Assembly (NCBI GenBank): GCA_951812955.1 | Contig: OX638340.1 | Coordinates: 3,552,001 to 3,616,000, forward strand | Length of the DNA: 64,000 nucleotides | Reading direction: 5' to 3' | Origin: an uncultured Gemmatimonadota bacterium | Lineage (GTDB): Bacteria; JAAXHH01 | Part shown: positions 10,306 to 20,315 of the stretch, in pieces | Layout of the letters: each line of letters begins with the position of its first letter | How positions within the stretch are numbered: the stretch's first letter is position 1 | Made by a program: the position numbers and the translations under genes | The notes under the pieces: model-generated | Seen by the model: the letters and a program-made list of their open reading frames with translations, nothing else | Told to the model about the DNA's origin: nothing | Databases searched by the model: none

Positions 10306-11202
10306 ATGACTGAACAACACACGCGCTCGACATCTCCACTCACCCGGGAACCCGTACGCCTGGCGAGCGTCCTGTGCCTGGGTATTTTCGCGTTTGTGTG
10401 CGTCGCGGCACCCGGCTGCGCTTCGGAGCCGGATCCATCGGCGTCAACCCCGGATCCCGAAGACCGCAGCAGGGAAGTTCTCGCCACGGCGGCGGGACAT
10501 GCTTCCGCCGCGACCGCCGCCGAAACGATCTGGACGCCGCCACGGCCCCGGTCCGTCCATGAGCGTCGCGATGAGCGGGAACGCATGGTTGGGGAGATCC
10601 TGGACAAGTCTCCCATGGTGACGGACGCAGCCGTGCTCCGGGCCATGACGGACGCGCCTCGCCACGTGTTCGTCCACGAACAGACGCGGCGTCTCGCCTA
10701 CGACGATACGCCCCTGCCCATCGGGCTTGGACAGACCATTTCCCAACCCTATATCGTGGCCTACATGACCGAACTGCTCGAATTGGACTCCGATTCGAGG
10801 GTCCTGGAGATTGGCACCGGATCGGGTTACCAGGCCGCCGTGCTCGCCCACCTGACCCCCCACGTATACACCATGGAAATCATCGAACCCCTGTTGGAAC
10901 GGGCCCGCGGCCTGCTTTCTGAGGAAGGGTATGACTCGGTCCGGACCCGCCATGGCGACGGCTATTTCGGGTGGCCGGAGGCGGGCCCCTTCGACGCCAT
11001 CATCGTCACCTGCGCCGCCGGCCATCTCCCGCCCCTCCTGTGGTCCCAGCTCAGGCCCGGCGGCCGCATCGTTATTCCCATCGGCGAGATGACGGGGGTG
11101 CAGCGGCTGGTCGTCGTACAGAAGACCGCGGACGGAGCGCGGACCTCCCGCACCGTCTTGCCCGTACGATTCGTGCCCATGACAGGCCGGGTCGAACAGT
11201 GA
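10306..11202 (+). CDS. pcm: Protein-L-isoaspartate O-methyltransferase carrying a lipoprotein-type signal and a roughly 70-aa linker ahead of the catalytic domain.
   Basis: The PIMT core motifs ISQPYIVAYM, VLEIGTGSGYQAAVLA and DAIIVTCAA are present. The N-terminus LGIFAFVCVAAPGCAS resembles a lipobox. An RBS, GGGAAGGG, precedes ATG 10306. Confidence 0.8.
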   Translation: MTEQHTRSTSPLTREPVRLASVLCLGIFAFVCVAAPGCASEPDPSASTPDPEDRSREVLATAAGHASAATAAETIWTPPRPRSVHERRDERERMVGEILDKSPMVTDAAVLRAMTDAPRHVFVHEQTRRLAYDDTPLPIGLGQTISQPYIVAYMTELLELDSDSRVLEIGTGSGYQAAVLAHLTPHVYTMEIIEPLLERARGLLSEEGYDSVRTRHGDGYFGWPEAGPFDAIIVTCAAGHLPPLLWSQLRPGGRIVIPIGEMTGVQRLVVVQKTADGARTSRTVLPVRFVPMTGRVEQ

Positions 11203-13682
11203 CCTCGCGCACCGGAATCGCGAATGCGCCCAAGCGTCTGCCGGCGAGATACCTCGTGCGGGCCGCCGGCCTGGTGGCCTGCGGCGTCATCGCCTTCGAA
11301 ATCGGGCTGATTCGGGTGCTGCAGTACGCGAGCTGGTACCATTTCGCCTTCCTCGTCATTACCATAGCCCTCCTCGGCTTCGGCATGAGCGGCGCCATCC
11401 TGTCGCTGTGGCGCGGCTACCTCATCCGTCGCCTGCAGACCGCCCTTCCAGTCCTCGCCCTGCTTACGGCGGTCTCCATTCCCCTCGTGCTCCATGCAGC
11501 TCAGCTCCTGCCCGTGTCCGGCCGTTTCCTGCCCGGTCTGGTCGTCGGGCAACTGGCCTGGTGGGTGGTATACTGGGCCCTGCTAACCGTCCCCTTTGCC
11601 CTGGGCGCCACCGCCATCGGACTGGCACTCATGTCCGCCGGAGAACGGCTGCCTGCGGTATACGCGTCGAACCTCATCGGCAGCGCATCCGGCGCGGTCG
11701 GCGTGACCGTCGTCATGTACTTCGTAGAACCCGCCTGGCTGGGTTACGCGACCGGGGTCGTGGTACTGGCCGCGGCATGGCGCACCGATCGCCGGACGCT
11801 GAGCGTCGGACTGGTTGCCGCGGGTGTGCTTGCCGGTGCGCTTGCGGTGCTGCTCAACCCACCTTCCATCCGTGTCGACGACGACAAATACCTCGCCTAC
11901 GTCAACCGGCTCGAAGCGGGCGGGCAGGCCGTGCAACTAGCCCGCGCCTTCGGTCCGTCCGGGGTCGTGGAGGTGTTCGGCAGCGATACCTTTCACGATA
12001 TGGCCTTCATGACCGACGATCGGATGCCGCCTTCCATGGCGTCGATCGTCGTAGACGGACACCGCGCCGGTTCCCTGTTGCGGATCGACGGTACGGACCA
12101 GGCGGAGGCCCTGGACGGCACGCTCATGGCCCTGCCCTATGGCCTGGCGCCCACCAGACCCAGGGTACTGCTGCTGGACGAGGTCGGCGGCGGCAACATC
12201 TGGCTGGCCCGTCGCAACGGTGCGGCCGCCGTGGACGTCGTGCAATCGAACCGGGTGCTTACAGAACTTTTCTCCGGTCCCCTGGCGGCCGAAGGAGGGG
12301 CCGTATTCAACCTGCCGGATGTCGTGCTTCATTCGGTGGAACCGCGGGCTTTCCTCGAAGGAACGGACGAAGCCTTCGATCTCATTCAACTGTCGGGCAT
12401 GGAATCCTGGTCGGCGGCCGCGGGCGGCCTGGAAGGGCTGAACCAGGACCATCTCATGACGGTGGAGGGCATGAATGCCGCCCTGCGGCGGCTGTCCCCG
12501 GACGGCATACTCCACGTCTCCCGCGGCATTCAGCTGCCGCCCCGGGACAACGCGAAGATCGCTGCAACGGTCATCACGGCGCTGGAGCAGTCGGGAATCG
12601 CCCGCCCGGCCCGATCGGGCGCGCATATGGCCATGGTCCGGGATTTTCTGGGCGTCATCACCATGGTGCGGCCGCGGCCCTGGCGAGCAGACGAGATCCG
12701 CCGCCTGCGGGACCTGTGCGCGGCGAAAAACCTGACCCCGGTGTACTTCGAAGGGATTTCGGCCGAAGAACTGAACCGCCCCGACGAACTGCCCGGTCCG
12801 CCGGGCGAAGAAGGCGATTACCTGTACCACGTGGTGCGTTCGTTGTTGTCGCTGGGCCCAGGCGCTTCGACGGACTTCCTGGACGAATGGCCCTTCCACG
12901 TCCGACCAGCCACCGATGACCGCCCCTTTTTCGGTAATTTCGGAAAGATCGGCACCCTGCCCGATTTCAGGCGAGTTTACGGGGCTGGCTGGCTGTTGCG
13001 TTCCGAACTGGCCTTTCTCTTCGTCCTGTCCACCGCGTTCATCGTGTCTCTCGCGGGCATCGTCCTGATTCTCCTGCCCTTCGCATTTCGTTCGGATATC
13101 CGGCGCGCGCCGGACCGTTCGACCGCCGCGTTGTACTTCCTGGCCATCGGGCTGGCCTACCTGGTGCTGGAGATCGCCTTTCTCTCCGGCATCCAGCGTC
13201 TGCTGGGCGATCCGGTCATCGGCGGCGCGGCCACGGTGGGGGGCTTTCTTTTCTGTTCGGGCCTGGGCAGCCTGGTGGCCAACCGCATTGCAGCACTTCC
13301 AGGGGTTTCCCTGACGAGACTGGCGATGGTGCCCGCGGTCATGGCCATCCCGGTGTTCACGGGCCTGATCCTCCTCAACCTGTACGGCGGCGCCTGGTCC
13401 CTGGGAATCCGCCTCGCCGCGGCAGTGGCCCTCATCGCGCCCCTGGCCTTCGCCATGGGTCTGCCCTTCCCCCTGGGACTGCAACAGTTCCAGGCACGGT
13501 CCGCCGCCCTCGTACCGTGGGCCTGGGGCGTCAACGGATGTGCTTCCGTTCTCGCTTCTCCGATCGCCATGATCATCGCCATGCAGTGGGGATTCATCCT
13601 GACGGTGACGGTGGCGGCGGTTTGCTATGTTGTTGCGGCCTGTGCGGCGGCAAGGGGAGGGTCGTCACCTTCTTCGGCATAG
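11199..13682 (+). CDS. Fused MFS-like / spermidine-synthase-like integral membrane protein. A polyamine aminopropyltransferase fold is flanked by multi-TM domains.
   Basis: The GTG start at 11199 overlaps the pcm stop as GTGA. About 7 N-terminal TM helices precede a central soluble domain with RVLLLDEVGGGNIWLARRNG, the SpeE-like glycine-rich SAM or dcSAM site. A C-terminal block of at least 6 TM helices follows. Confidence 0.6.
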   Translation: MTSRTGIANAPKRLPARYLVRAAGLVACGVIAFEIGLIRVLQYASWYHFAFLVITIALLGFGMSGAILSLWRGYLIRRLQTALPVLALLTAVSIPLVLHAAQLLPVSGRFLPGLVVGQLAWWVVYWALLTVPFALGATAIGLALMSAGERLPAVYASNLIGSASGAVGVTVVMYFVEPAWLGYATGVVVLAAAWRTDRRTLSVGLVAAGVLAGALAVLLNPPSIRVDDDKYLAYVNRLEAGGQAVQLARAFGPSGVVEVFGSDTFHDMAFMTDDRMPPSMASIVVDGHRAGSLLRIDGTDQAEALDGTLMALPYGLAPTRPRVLLLDEVGGGNIWLARRNGAAAVDVVQSNRVLTELFSGPLAAEGGAVFNLPDVVLHSVEPRAFLEGTDEAFDLIQLSGMESWSAAAGGLEGLNQDHLMTVEGMNAALRRLSPDGILHVSRGIQLPPRDNAKIAATVITALEQSGIARPARSGAHMAMVRDFLGVITMVRPRPWRADEIRRLRDLCAAKNLTPVYFEGISAEELNRPDELPGPPGEEGDYLYHVVRSLLSLGPGASTDFLDEWPFHVRPATDDRPFFGNFGKIGTLPDFRRVYGAGWLLRSELAFLFVLSTAFIVSLAGIVLILLPFAFRSDIRRAPDRSTAALYFLAIGLAYLVLEIAFLSGIQRLLGDPVIGGAATVGGFLFCSGLGSLVANRIAALPGVSLTRLAMVPAVMAIPVFTGLILLNLYGGAWSLGIRLAAAVALIAPLAFAMGLPFPLGLQQFQARSAALVPWAWGVNGCASVLASPIAMIIAMQWGFILTVTVAAVCYVVAACAAARGGSSPSSA

Positions 13683-13753
13683 CACACGGACCGTGCGGCA
13701 CAGAGCGCGGCGGCTCCCTGTGGGAGCCCGCCTGAACCGGATCGACGACGCGA

Positions 13754-15784
13754 TCAGCGCACACGGCCGATCACGGCGGTCTGATCGTCGAATTGTTCCG
13801 CGCCCAGGGAGAAGTCGCGTACGGAGGCGAGGATCAGTTCCAGGATATTCTCGCTGGGCCTGTTGCGGTTTTGCGACAGGACCTGGCGGAGTCGCGCCTC
13901 TCCGAAATCTTCATCCTTCGTGTTGAGCGCATCCGTAATGCCGTCGGTATAGACCGCGAAGAGATCCCCCGGATCGACACGGACGGCAGATTCTTCGAAT
14001 TCCGCTTCCGGAAACAGCCCGATCGGGTAACCGCCGCTTTCGAGCAACGCGATATCGTCGCTGTCATTGCGAAGGAGCAGGGGCGGATTATGTCCGGCGC
14101 AGCAGTAATTCAACCGGGATGTTTCCATGTGGAAAGTGCAGATGAAAAGCGTGGCGAATCGTTCTGGCGCCGTGCTGTGGCACAAATAGACGTTGAGACG
14201 GGACATCAGCCTGGACAGCCGGTCCGGGCTTCCTTCCAGCGCCGGGTCCAGTGCCTGGGACCGCAGCGACGCCTGCAGGCCGGCCATCGTGAGCGCCGCC
14301 GAGATGCCCTTTCCCGATATATCGCCGACTACGATATCCAGCGTTCGATTTCGGTGTTGAATGAAATCATAGTAGTCGCCGCTGACTGTACGGGCGGGTA
14401 TCCAGGCACCGGCCAGTTCGAGAGGACCCTGTCGCGGCGGTTCGTTGGGTATGAAACGGGCCTGCACGTCCCGGGCCATGGAAAGTTCCGTTTCGATACG
14501 CTCTTTTTCTCTCTCTTCATTCATCAGCGTCTCAATGCTCTGCGCCATGGTGTTGAAAGAGTGGCTGAGTTCACCAAGTTGATCCCGCGTTCTTTCTTCC
14601 ACGCGAAAGTCCGTCCTACCGGAGCGAATGGCCTCCGTACCCTCGTACAGTCCGTGTACGGCCGTGGTAATCCGACGTGAAACGAGCAGCCCGATCATAA
14701 AGGATACCAGTTCGAAGCAAACGAGTATCGTGCATAGGGTAAAAAAAACGTACAGCAGAGGAAAACCGGAGAGCAGCATGTCAGCACTGACGGTGGCTTC
14801 GAATATGTGTATCGGATCCAGATCCAGGCCCAGTATCGCCACGTTGCTCGCACCGTGATTCCAGGACCTGGCTGCAAAGGAAAAAGCCCAGGGCACGTGA
14901 ATTGCACCTAAAAGCGGCAATTGGCGCCACTCGACTTCCGAAGCAGGAGGTTCATAGAAGGAGAACTCCTCGTTACGGGGTTCCGCCCGGTACGAGACCT
15001 GCGCGCCGAGTTCCTCCCATATTTTCGTCCGGTAGGCCTCCCCCAGCGGCATGGAGGCGAGGACATACAGGTCCCTTCCGCGGAATTCGATCGCGTCGCC
15101 GGCGCGAAAGGACAGCGTGGAACGGACGCCGGACAGGCTGTCGAATACCACATCGGCGAAATGGCCTTCCCGGAATAACCAGTCCGGAAGCGGTTCCAGC
15201 GTATCGAAAGACGGAGTCACATTCACTGGTCTGCCATCTTCAAATACGCTGATCGACAGGCCGGAAAGGTCTGGATTGTCCTGTACGATTTCGTCCACGA
15301 TCCTGGCGAACGGCAGATTGTCGTCCGTGGCCGTCCGCACAAGGGCCAGTTGTATTTCGAGTGACAGATGATCGAGCTGGTTGGTCGTCTCTTCGATATG
15401 ACGGGAGACCAGATTGGTTCCCAGGGTTCCGATCCAGAGCCATCCGACGAGCAGACTGACCGAAGAAGCGATGCAAAGGGGCGCGAGGCCTGCGAAAATA
15501 AACGAAACGAGCAGGCGGTTCCTGACTTTCCACAGCAGACGATTCCGCAGCCACGAGAGCGTCTTCCAGGCGTAGTAGAAGATGCTCGCGGCCAGCAGGA
15601 CGGCCGCCGGCACGACGAGCCAGCCGACTACGCCCTGCCAGGTGCCCAGGAGCAGGAAGGACACCGCCGCCATGATCAGGAAGGCATAGGTACAGCGCTT
15701 GATCCAGGTATCCGGGGTCAGCCATTTCAACGTCCGGCGGATGATGCGACTGGATCTCGCGCTACTGAATTTTGCAACGTTCAT
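13754..15784 (-). CDS. SpoIIE/PP2C-family serine phosphatase (RsbU-like) with two N-terminal transmembrane regions and a HAMP linker.
   Basis: A HAMP-like segment RRITTAVHGLYEGTEAIRSG is followed by a PP2C domain with DVQARF, VSGDYYDF and VGDISGKGISAAL. Confidence 0.8.
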   Translation of the reverse strand: MNVAKFSSARSSRIIRRTLKWLTPDTWIKRCTYAFLIMAAVSFLLLGTWQGVVGWLVVPAAVLLAASIFYYAWKTLSWLRNRLLWKVRNRLLVSFIFAGLAPLCIASSVSLLVGWLWIGTLGTNLVSRHIEETTNQLDHLSLEIQLALVRTATDDNLPFARIVDEIVQDNPDLSGLSISVFEDGRPVNVTPSFDTLEPLPDWLFREGHFADVVFDSLSGVRSTLSFRAGDAIEFRGRDLYVLASMPLGEAYRTKIWEELGAQVSYRAEPRNEEFSFYEPPASEVEWRQLPLLGAIHVPWAFSFAARSWNHGASNVAILGLDLDPIHIFEATVSADMLLSGFPLLYVFFTLCTILVCFELVSFMIGLLVSRRITTAVHGLYEGTEAIRSGRTDFRVEERTRDQLGELSHSFNTMAQSIETLMNEEREKERIETELSMARDVQARFIPNEPPRQGPLELAGAWIPARTVSGDYYDFIQHRNRTLDIVVGDISGKGISAALTMAGLQASLRSQALDPALEGSPDRLSRLMSRLNVYLCHSTAPERFATLFICTFHMETSRLNYCCAGHNPPLLLRNDSDDIALLESGGYPIGLFPEAEFEESAVRVDPGDLFAVYTDGITDALNTKDEDFGEARLRQVLSQNRNRPSENILELILASVRDFSLGAEQFDDQTAVIGRVR

Positions 15785-15878
15785 GAGCAGGAATTCCGAA
15801 GAGATGGGCGGACGGGTGCCCGCCCTGGCTACTGTCCAGTGACGCCGTCCCTTTCGTGGCGAATACGACGGCTACGCG

Positions 15879-16685
15879 CTAGTGCCGGTCGACCCGGGGT
15901 TCGATGGGCAATTCGCGGAACTCCTGGATCAATCCCGCCAGTTCCTCCGAAGCAGCGCGGTAGAGCGCTTCGCCCTTCTCCACCGTGGCGACGGTGGCGT
16001 CGCCGATGACGCCCGATTCGGAGATCCTGGACCACTCGTCCATCATGCGCAAAGGCGATGCGCCCTTGCCCCGGACCCAGCCGCGCCAGTAGTACTTGGA
16101 CACGGGGACCTTCACTTCCCGCACGGCCTTGTCCATCTGGACCGCGTCGTCATTGAGGTAGCGGTAGACCGAGGTCTCGATCTCGTCCGCGTGGGACTGC
16201 AGCTCGGAGTCGCCGATCTCCCACAGCTTGGACTGCGCCACGCTCCACCAGTTGAGCGTACCGCAGTGGGCGTCCGTCTCGATGACCGTACGCCGGGAGG
16301 CCGTCTCCAGGATGGTGGCGTTGGACCCGTGGCCGTTGACGATGAGGATCTTCCGGAAACCGTGATGGGCCACGCTCTTCGTGATATCCACCACGAAATC
16401 CTGCAGGTGGTCGTCCCGTACGGTGATCGTCCCGGGGAAGTCCATGTGGTGGTCCTCGAACCCGTAAGGCAGGGCCGGCAGGATCAGCACCTCGTCGGGG
16501 ATGAGCTTCGCCGCGCCTTCGCACACGCTGCTCGCCAGGAAGGTGTCCACGTCCAGGGGCATATGGTAGCCGTGGTCCTCCGTGGAACCGACGGGCAGGA
16601 TGACGGCCGGTTGCTCCTTCACCTTCTCCTTCAGTTCGACCCAGGTGTAGTGGTCGTAGCGATAGGGCAGGCGTGGACCCTTCAT
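15879..16685 (-). CDS. Creatininase / creatinine-amidohydrolase family metal-dependent amidohydrolase.
   Basis: VILPVGSTEDHGYHMP, LPYGF and IVNGHGSN are family motifs. Confidence 0.8.
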   Translation of the reverse strand: MKGPRLPYRYDHYTWVELKEKVKEQPAVILPVGSTEDHGYHMPLDVDTFLASSVCEGAAKLIPDEVLILPALPYGFEDHHMDFPGTITVRDDHLQDFVVDITKSVAHHGFRKILIVNGHGSNATILETASRRTVIETDAHCGTLNWWSVAQSKLWEIGDSELQSHADEIETSVYRYLNDDAVQMDKAVREVKVPVSKYYWRGWVRGKGASPLRMMDEWSRISESGVIGDATVATVEKGEALYRAASEELAGLIQEFRELPIEPRVDRH

Positions 16686-16767
16686 AATTGCTCCTTACGC
16701 TTGTCTACGGTTCGATCCAGTCGGTCAGATCGGCCATACATTACCTGTTCGTACCACACCAAACGCG

Positions 16768-17838
16768 TCAAGCGCTCATGCGCGGGATGACTTCATTCAC
16801 GAAGAGGTCCATGCTGTGGAGCCAGGCTTCCTTGTCGTCCCAGTCGTATCCCATGAGGATCAGCGTGCCGAAGTCCCCCGTCTCCTCCCGCATCGCGTCC
16901 AGCCGGCGGACCACCTCGTCCACGTCCCCGTGGATGATCTGTTCCGTCATCAGGTAGTCCAGGTTGCACTGCGAATCCGGCAAGTCCGGGTCCCGCTTGA
17001 GCATCTTCCGACCCAGTCCCTGGTCGAAGAGGCCGCCCAGGTATTCGAAGCCCCGGCCCAGAGAATTGGTGCGCACTTTCGTTGCCGCTTCCTCCTTGCT
17101 GTCGGCGAGGAAGATGCTGCGGCAGATGCGCCAGTCTTCGCGGTCGGGCGTGCGCCCGGCGTCCTGGGCCGCCTGTTCGTAAACCCGCCAGTTGTCGGCT
17201 ACGACGTTGCCCGGTGAAATGTTGGCGCTGATGGGAAACCAGCCCTTCTCACCCGCGATCCTCATGGTGGAGGAGTTCATGCTCATCCCGGGGGCGCCAA
17301 TGGGCGGATGCGGCTGTTGCAGGGGCTTGTGGATATAGCCGATCAGCGTGTCGCGGTCCACGTTCTCTTCCAGGTCGATCTCCCAGAAACGGCCCTTCAG
17401 GTGATAGGGCGGGTCCTGGCTCCAGATCTGCAGGATCATCTCCGCCGACTCGGCGGCCATGGCGCTGTTGAGCTTCGGATCGATCTTATAAAGTTCCAGG
17501 TCCGTTGTCACGCTGCCGGGGCCGAAGCACAGGTTGAGCCGTCCGTGGGAAAGCTGGTCCATGAAGGCCAGCCGGCTGGCCACGTGGGCCGGGTGGTGAT
17601 AGGGCAGGCAGGTGGGCGCCGTGCCAAGCCGGATGGTGTGGGTCATGGCAAGGGCCTTGCCTATGAAGGCCTCGGGCAGCACGATGTTCTCGTACTTCAT
17701 GGTATGGTGTTCGCCGATCCAGAACTCGGTGAAACCCAGCTCTTCGCAGCGCACGATCAGTTCCAGGTCCTCGTCGTGGCACTGTGCGGCCGGCTTGACC
17801 GGGTCGTGGAAGGGCATGATGAACATCCCGTATTTCAT
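16768..17838 (-). CDS. Luciferase-like monooxygenase (LLM) class flavin- or F420-dependent oxidoreductase, paralog 1 of 3.
   Basis: It starts MKYGMFIMPFHDP at ATG 17838 with a GGAGA RBS. The track ORF extends a further 46 codons upstream. The protein has a TIM-barrel LLM signature and is about 55-60% identical to the two paralogs downstream. Confidence 0.85.
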   Translation of the reverse strand: MKYGMFIMPFHDPVKPAAQCHDEDLELIVRCEELGFTEFWIGEHHTMKYENIVLPEAFIGKALAMTHTIRLGTAPTCLPYHHPAHVASRLAFMDQLSHGRLNLCFGPGSVTTDLELYKIDPKLNSAMAAESAEMILQIWSQDPPYHLKGRFWEIDLEENVDRDTLIGYIHKPLQQPHPPIGAPGMSMNSSTMRIAGEKGWFPISANISPGNVVADNWRVYEQAAQDAGRTPDREDWRICRSIFLADSKEEAATKVRTNSLGRGFEYLGGLFDQGLGRKMLKRDPDLPDSQCNLDYLMTEQIIHGDVDEVVRRLDAMREETGDFGTLILMGYDWDDKEAWLHSMDLFVNEVIPRMSA

Positions 17839-18012
17839 ATCTGATTCTCCGGTGTTGGTCCTGATTCGTGCCGGCGTTGTCTGAACCCGGCCGGCCTGGG
17901 GACGATGATTCGATGCCGGTTTCCCGCGTTTCCTCTCAGCCCCGTAGCCACGTCCTTCCCGCTCGGTAACGCGCACCTACCCGCTCGGTAACGCGTATGC
18001 GCACCTTCCCGC

Positions 18013-19101
18013 TCACTGCTGCATGCGCGGCATGACTTCGTTGGCGAAAAGCTCCGTACTACGCAGCCACGCGGCCTTGTCTTCCGCGTCGTTCCAGTCG
18101 AAAGCCATGAGGATGAGCGTTCCGAAATCCCCCGTCTCGTCCCGCAGTTCGTCGAGTCGGCGGACCACCTCGTCCACGTCGCCGTGGATGATCTGTTCGC
18201 CCAGGTAGTAGTCTCTGTCGCACGCTTCGTCGGCCATGTCAGGATCGCGCTTGAACATCTTCTTGCGTCCGGGCTCATTCCCCTTGTCCAGGACCCCTCC
18301 CAGAAACCGGAAGAACCCGCCGAGGTAACTCGACCACGCCCGCTTCCTGGCCACGTCCCGGTCGTCGGCCACGAAGATGCTTCGGCAGACGCGCCAGTCG
18401 GCCCGGTCTGGCGTACGGCCTGCTTCGAGCGCCGCCTTCTCGTACACCTTCCAGTTGTCTGCTACGATGTTGCCCGCGATCAGGTTGCTGCTGATGGGCG
18501 CCCACCCCTTCTGTCCGGCGGACTTCATGGTCGACGAGTTCATGCTCATGGCCGGCGCGCAGATGGGCGGATGGGGCCGTTGCAGGGGTTTCTGAATGAT
18601 GCCGAGATGGGACTCGCGGTCGACCCACTTCTCGAGCCCGATCTGCCAGAACCGTCCGTCGTACCGGTAGGGTGAGTCCTGTGTCCACAACTGAAGAATG
18701 ATCTCCGCGGCCTCTTCCATCATGGCGCTGTTCGCCGCCGGGTCGATTCCGAAAAGCTCCAGGTCCGGGAAGACGCTGCCCGTGCCGAAACACAGGTTGA
18801 GGCGTCCGTGGGACAGGTGGTCCAGGAAGGCCAGGCGCGTAGCCACGTGGGCGGGATGGTGGTAGGGCAGGCACGTGGGCGCGGTGCCCAGCCGGATCGT
18901 GTCGGTCATGGCCAGGGCCTTGCCGATGAAGGCCTCCGGCAGGGCGATATTCTCCCACTGGTGGGTGTGGTGCTCGCCGATCCAGAACTCGGAAAACCCC
19001 ATCTCCTCGGCCAGCACGACCAGTTCCAGGTCCTCGTCGTAGCACTGGGCGGGCGGCTTCGCCGGATCGTGAAAGGGCATGATGAACATACCGTGCTTCA
19101 T
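18013..19101 (-). CDS. LLM-class flavin-dependent oxidoreductase, paralog 2 of 3.
   Basis: MKHGMFIMPFHDPAKPPAQCYDEDLEL... is collinear with paralogs 1 and 3. Confidence 0.85.
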   Translation of the reverse strand: MKHGMFIMPFHDPAKPPAQCYDEDLELVVLAEEMGFSEFWIGEHHTHQWENIALPEAFIGKALAMTDTIRLGTAPTCLPYHHPAHVATRLAFLDHLSHGRLNLCFGTGSVFPDLELFGIDPAANSAMMEEAAEIILQLWTQDSPYRYDGRFWQIGLEKWVDRESHLGIIQKPLQRPHPPICAPAMSMNSSTMKSAGQKGWAPISSNLIAGNIVADNWKVYEKAALEAGRTPDRADWRVCRSIFVADDRDVARKRAWSSYLGGFFRFLGGVLDKGNEPGRKKMFKRDPDMADEACDRDYYLGEQIIHGDVDEVVRRLDELRDETGDFGTLILMAFDWNDAEDKAAWLRSTELFANEVMPRMQQ

Positions 19102-19134
19102 ATTGGACTCCGAAACGCTGTTAGATCGCCGTAC

Positions 19135-20223
19135 TCAGGCGTAACCAAGCGACTTGTTCAACCTCGGCATGACTTCCCTGGCAAAGAGCTCGATGCAGTC
19201 GATCCAGGCCGCCCTGTCGTCCCAGTCGTGGGCGGTGAAGATGAGCGTGCCGAATTCGCCGGTCTCCTCCATCATGCGGTGCAGCTGCCGCACGCACTCG
19301 TCGGGATCGCCCGCGATGACCTGTTCGTCCATCATGTAGTCCAGGTTGACATCGGAATCGGGCATATCGGGATCCCGTTTCCACAGCCCCCTTCCAGGTC
19401 CGAGGTCGGTCAGCTTCATGGTATATTCCAGGCATTTGCCGAGTGAACTGTTCCGGGCCCTTTCGCGGGCTTCCTTCGTCGTCTCCGCCACGAAAATGTT
19501 ACGGGAGATCTTCCATTTGCGCCGGTCCGGCTCCCTGTCCTCCGTCCTGGCCCCTTCGGCATAGGTCTCCCAGTGGTTTACGAGCACGTTGGACGCGACC
19601 ATGTGATGGCTGAAGGGAGAATAGCCCTTCCGGCCCGCGATGCGGGTCCCGGCCGAATCGCGCATGATCACGGGAACGGAAAGGGGAGGGTGGGGTTTTT
19701 GCAGGGGCTTCAGGTAGACCCCCATGCCCAGATCCTCGCGGACTTCCCGGCCCACGTGCATTTGCCAGAAGCGGCCGTTTATATCGTAGGGCGGATCGGT
19801 GGTCCACAGGGTCATGATCATCTGTATCGCCTCGCCGACCATGGCCCCGGAGTCCTCGGGACGGATCCCGTACATCTCCATGTCAGTCGGGATGGCGCCG
19901 GGACCGAAGCAGATGTTCAACCTGCCGTGGGAGAGATGATCGAGGAAGGCCAGGCGTCCGGCCACGTGGGCGGGATGGTGGTAGGGCAGGCACACGGGCG
20001 CGGCGCCGAGCCGCATGCGGTCGGTCAGGCCCAGGGCCTTGCCGAGGAAGATCTCGGGCATGACGATGTTCTCGTAACTCGAGGAGTGGTGCTCGCCCAC
20101 CCAGAATTCGCTGAATCCGAGTTCCTCCGAACGCACCAGCATTTCCATGTCCTCGTCATAGCACTGTCCCGGCGGCTTCGTCGGATCGTGCACGGGCATG
20201 AGGAACACGCCATAGTCGATCAT
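19135..20223 (-). CDS. LLM-class flavin-dependent oxidoreductase, paralog 3 of 3.
   Basis: MIDYGVFLMPVHDPTKPPGQCYDEDMEM... shares the same architecture. Confidence 0.85.
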   Translation of the reverse strand: MIDYGVFLMPVHDPTKPPGQCYDEDMEMLVRSEELGFSEFWVGEHHSSSYENIVMPEIFLGKALGLTDRMRLGAAPVCLPYHHPAHVAGRLAFLDHLSHGRLNICFGPGAIPTDMEMYGIRPEDSGAMVGEAIQMIMTLWTTDPPYDINGRFWQMHVGREVREDLGMGVYLKPLQKPHPPLSVPVIMRDSAGTRIAGRKGYSPFSHHMVASNVLVNHWETYAEGARTEDREPDRRKWKISRNIFVAETTKEARERARNSSLGKCLEYTMKLTDLGPGRGLWKRDPDMPDSDVNLDYMMDEQVIAGDPDECVRQLHRMMEETGEFGTLIFTAHDWDDRAAWIDCIELFAREVMPRLNKSLGYA

Positions 20224-20315
20224 GCATTACTCCTTTTTACTATACTGACGGCTGCGCCCAGATTCCACGGCTGTGCCCAGTTCCCTTTAAACAACAGGCC
20301 CTTGCGTTGTTACGT

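Noticed and set aside
11937-13484. A 515-aa minus-strand ORF.
   Set aside because: It lies antisense to the C-terminal half of the fused MFS/SpeE membrane protein. Its composition is R/G/H/Q-rich and it has no motifs.
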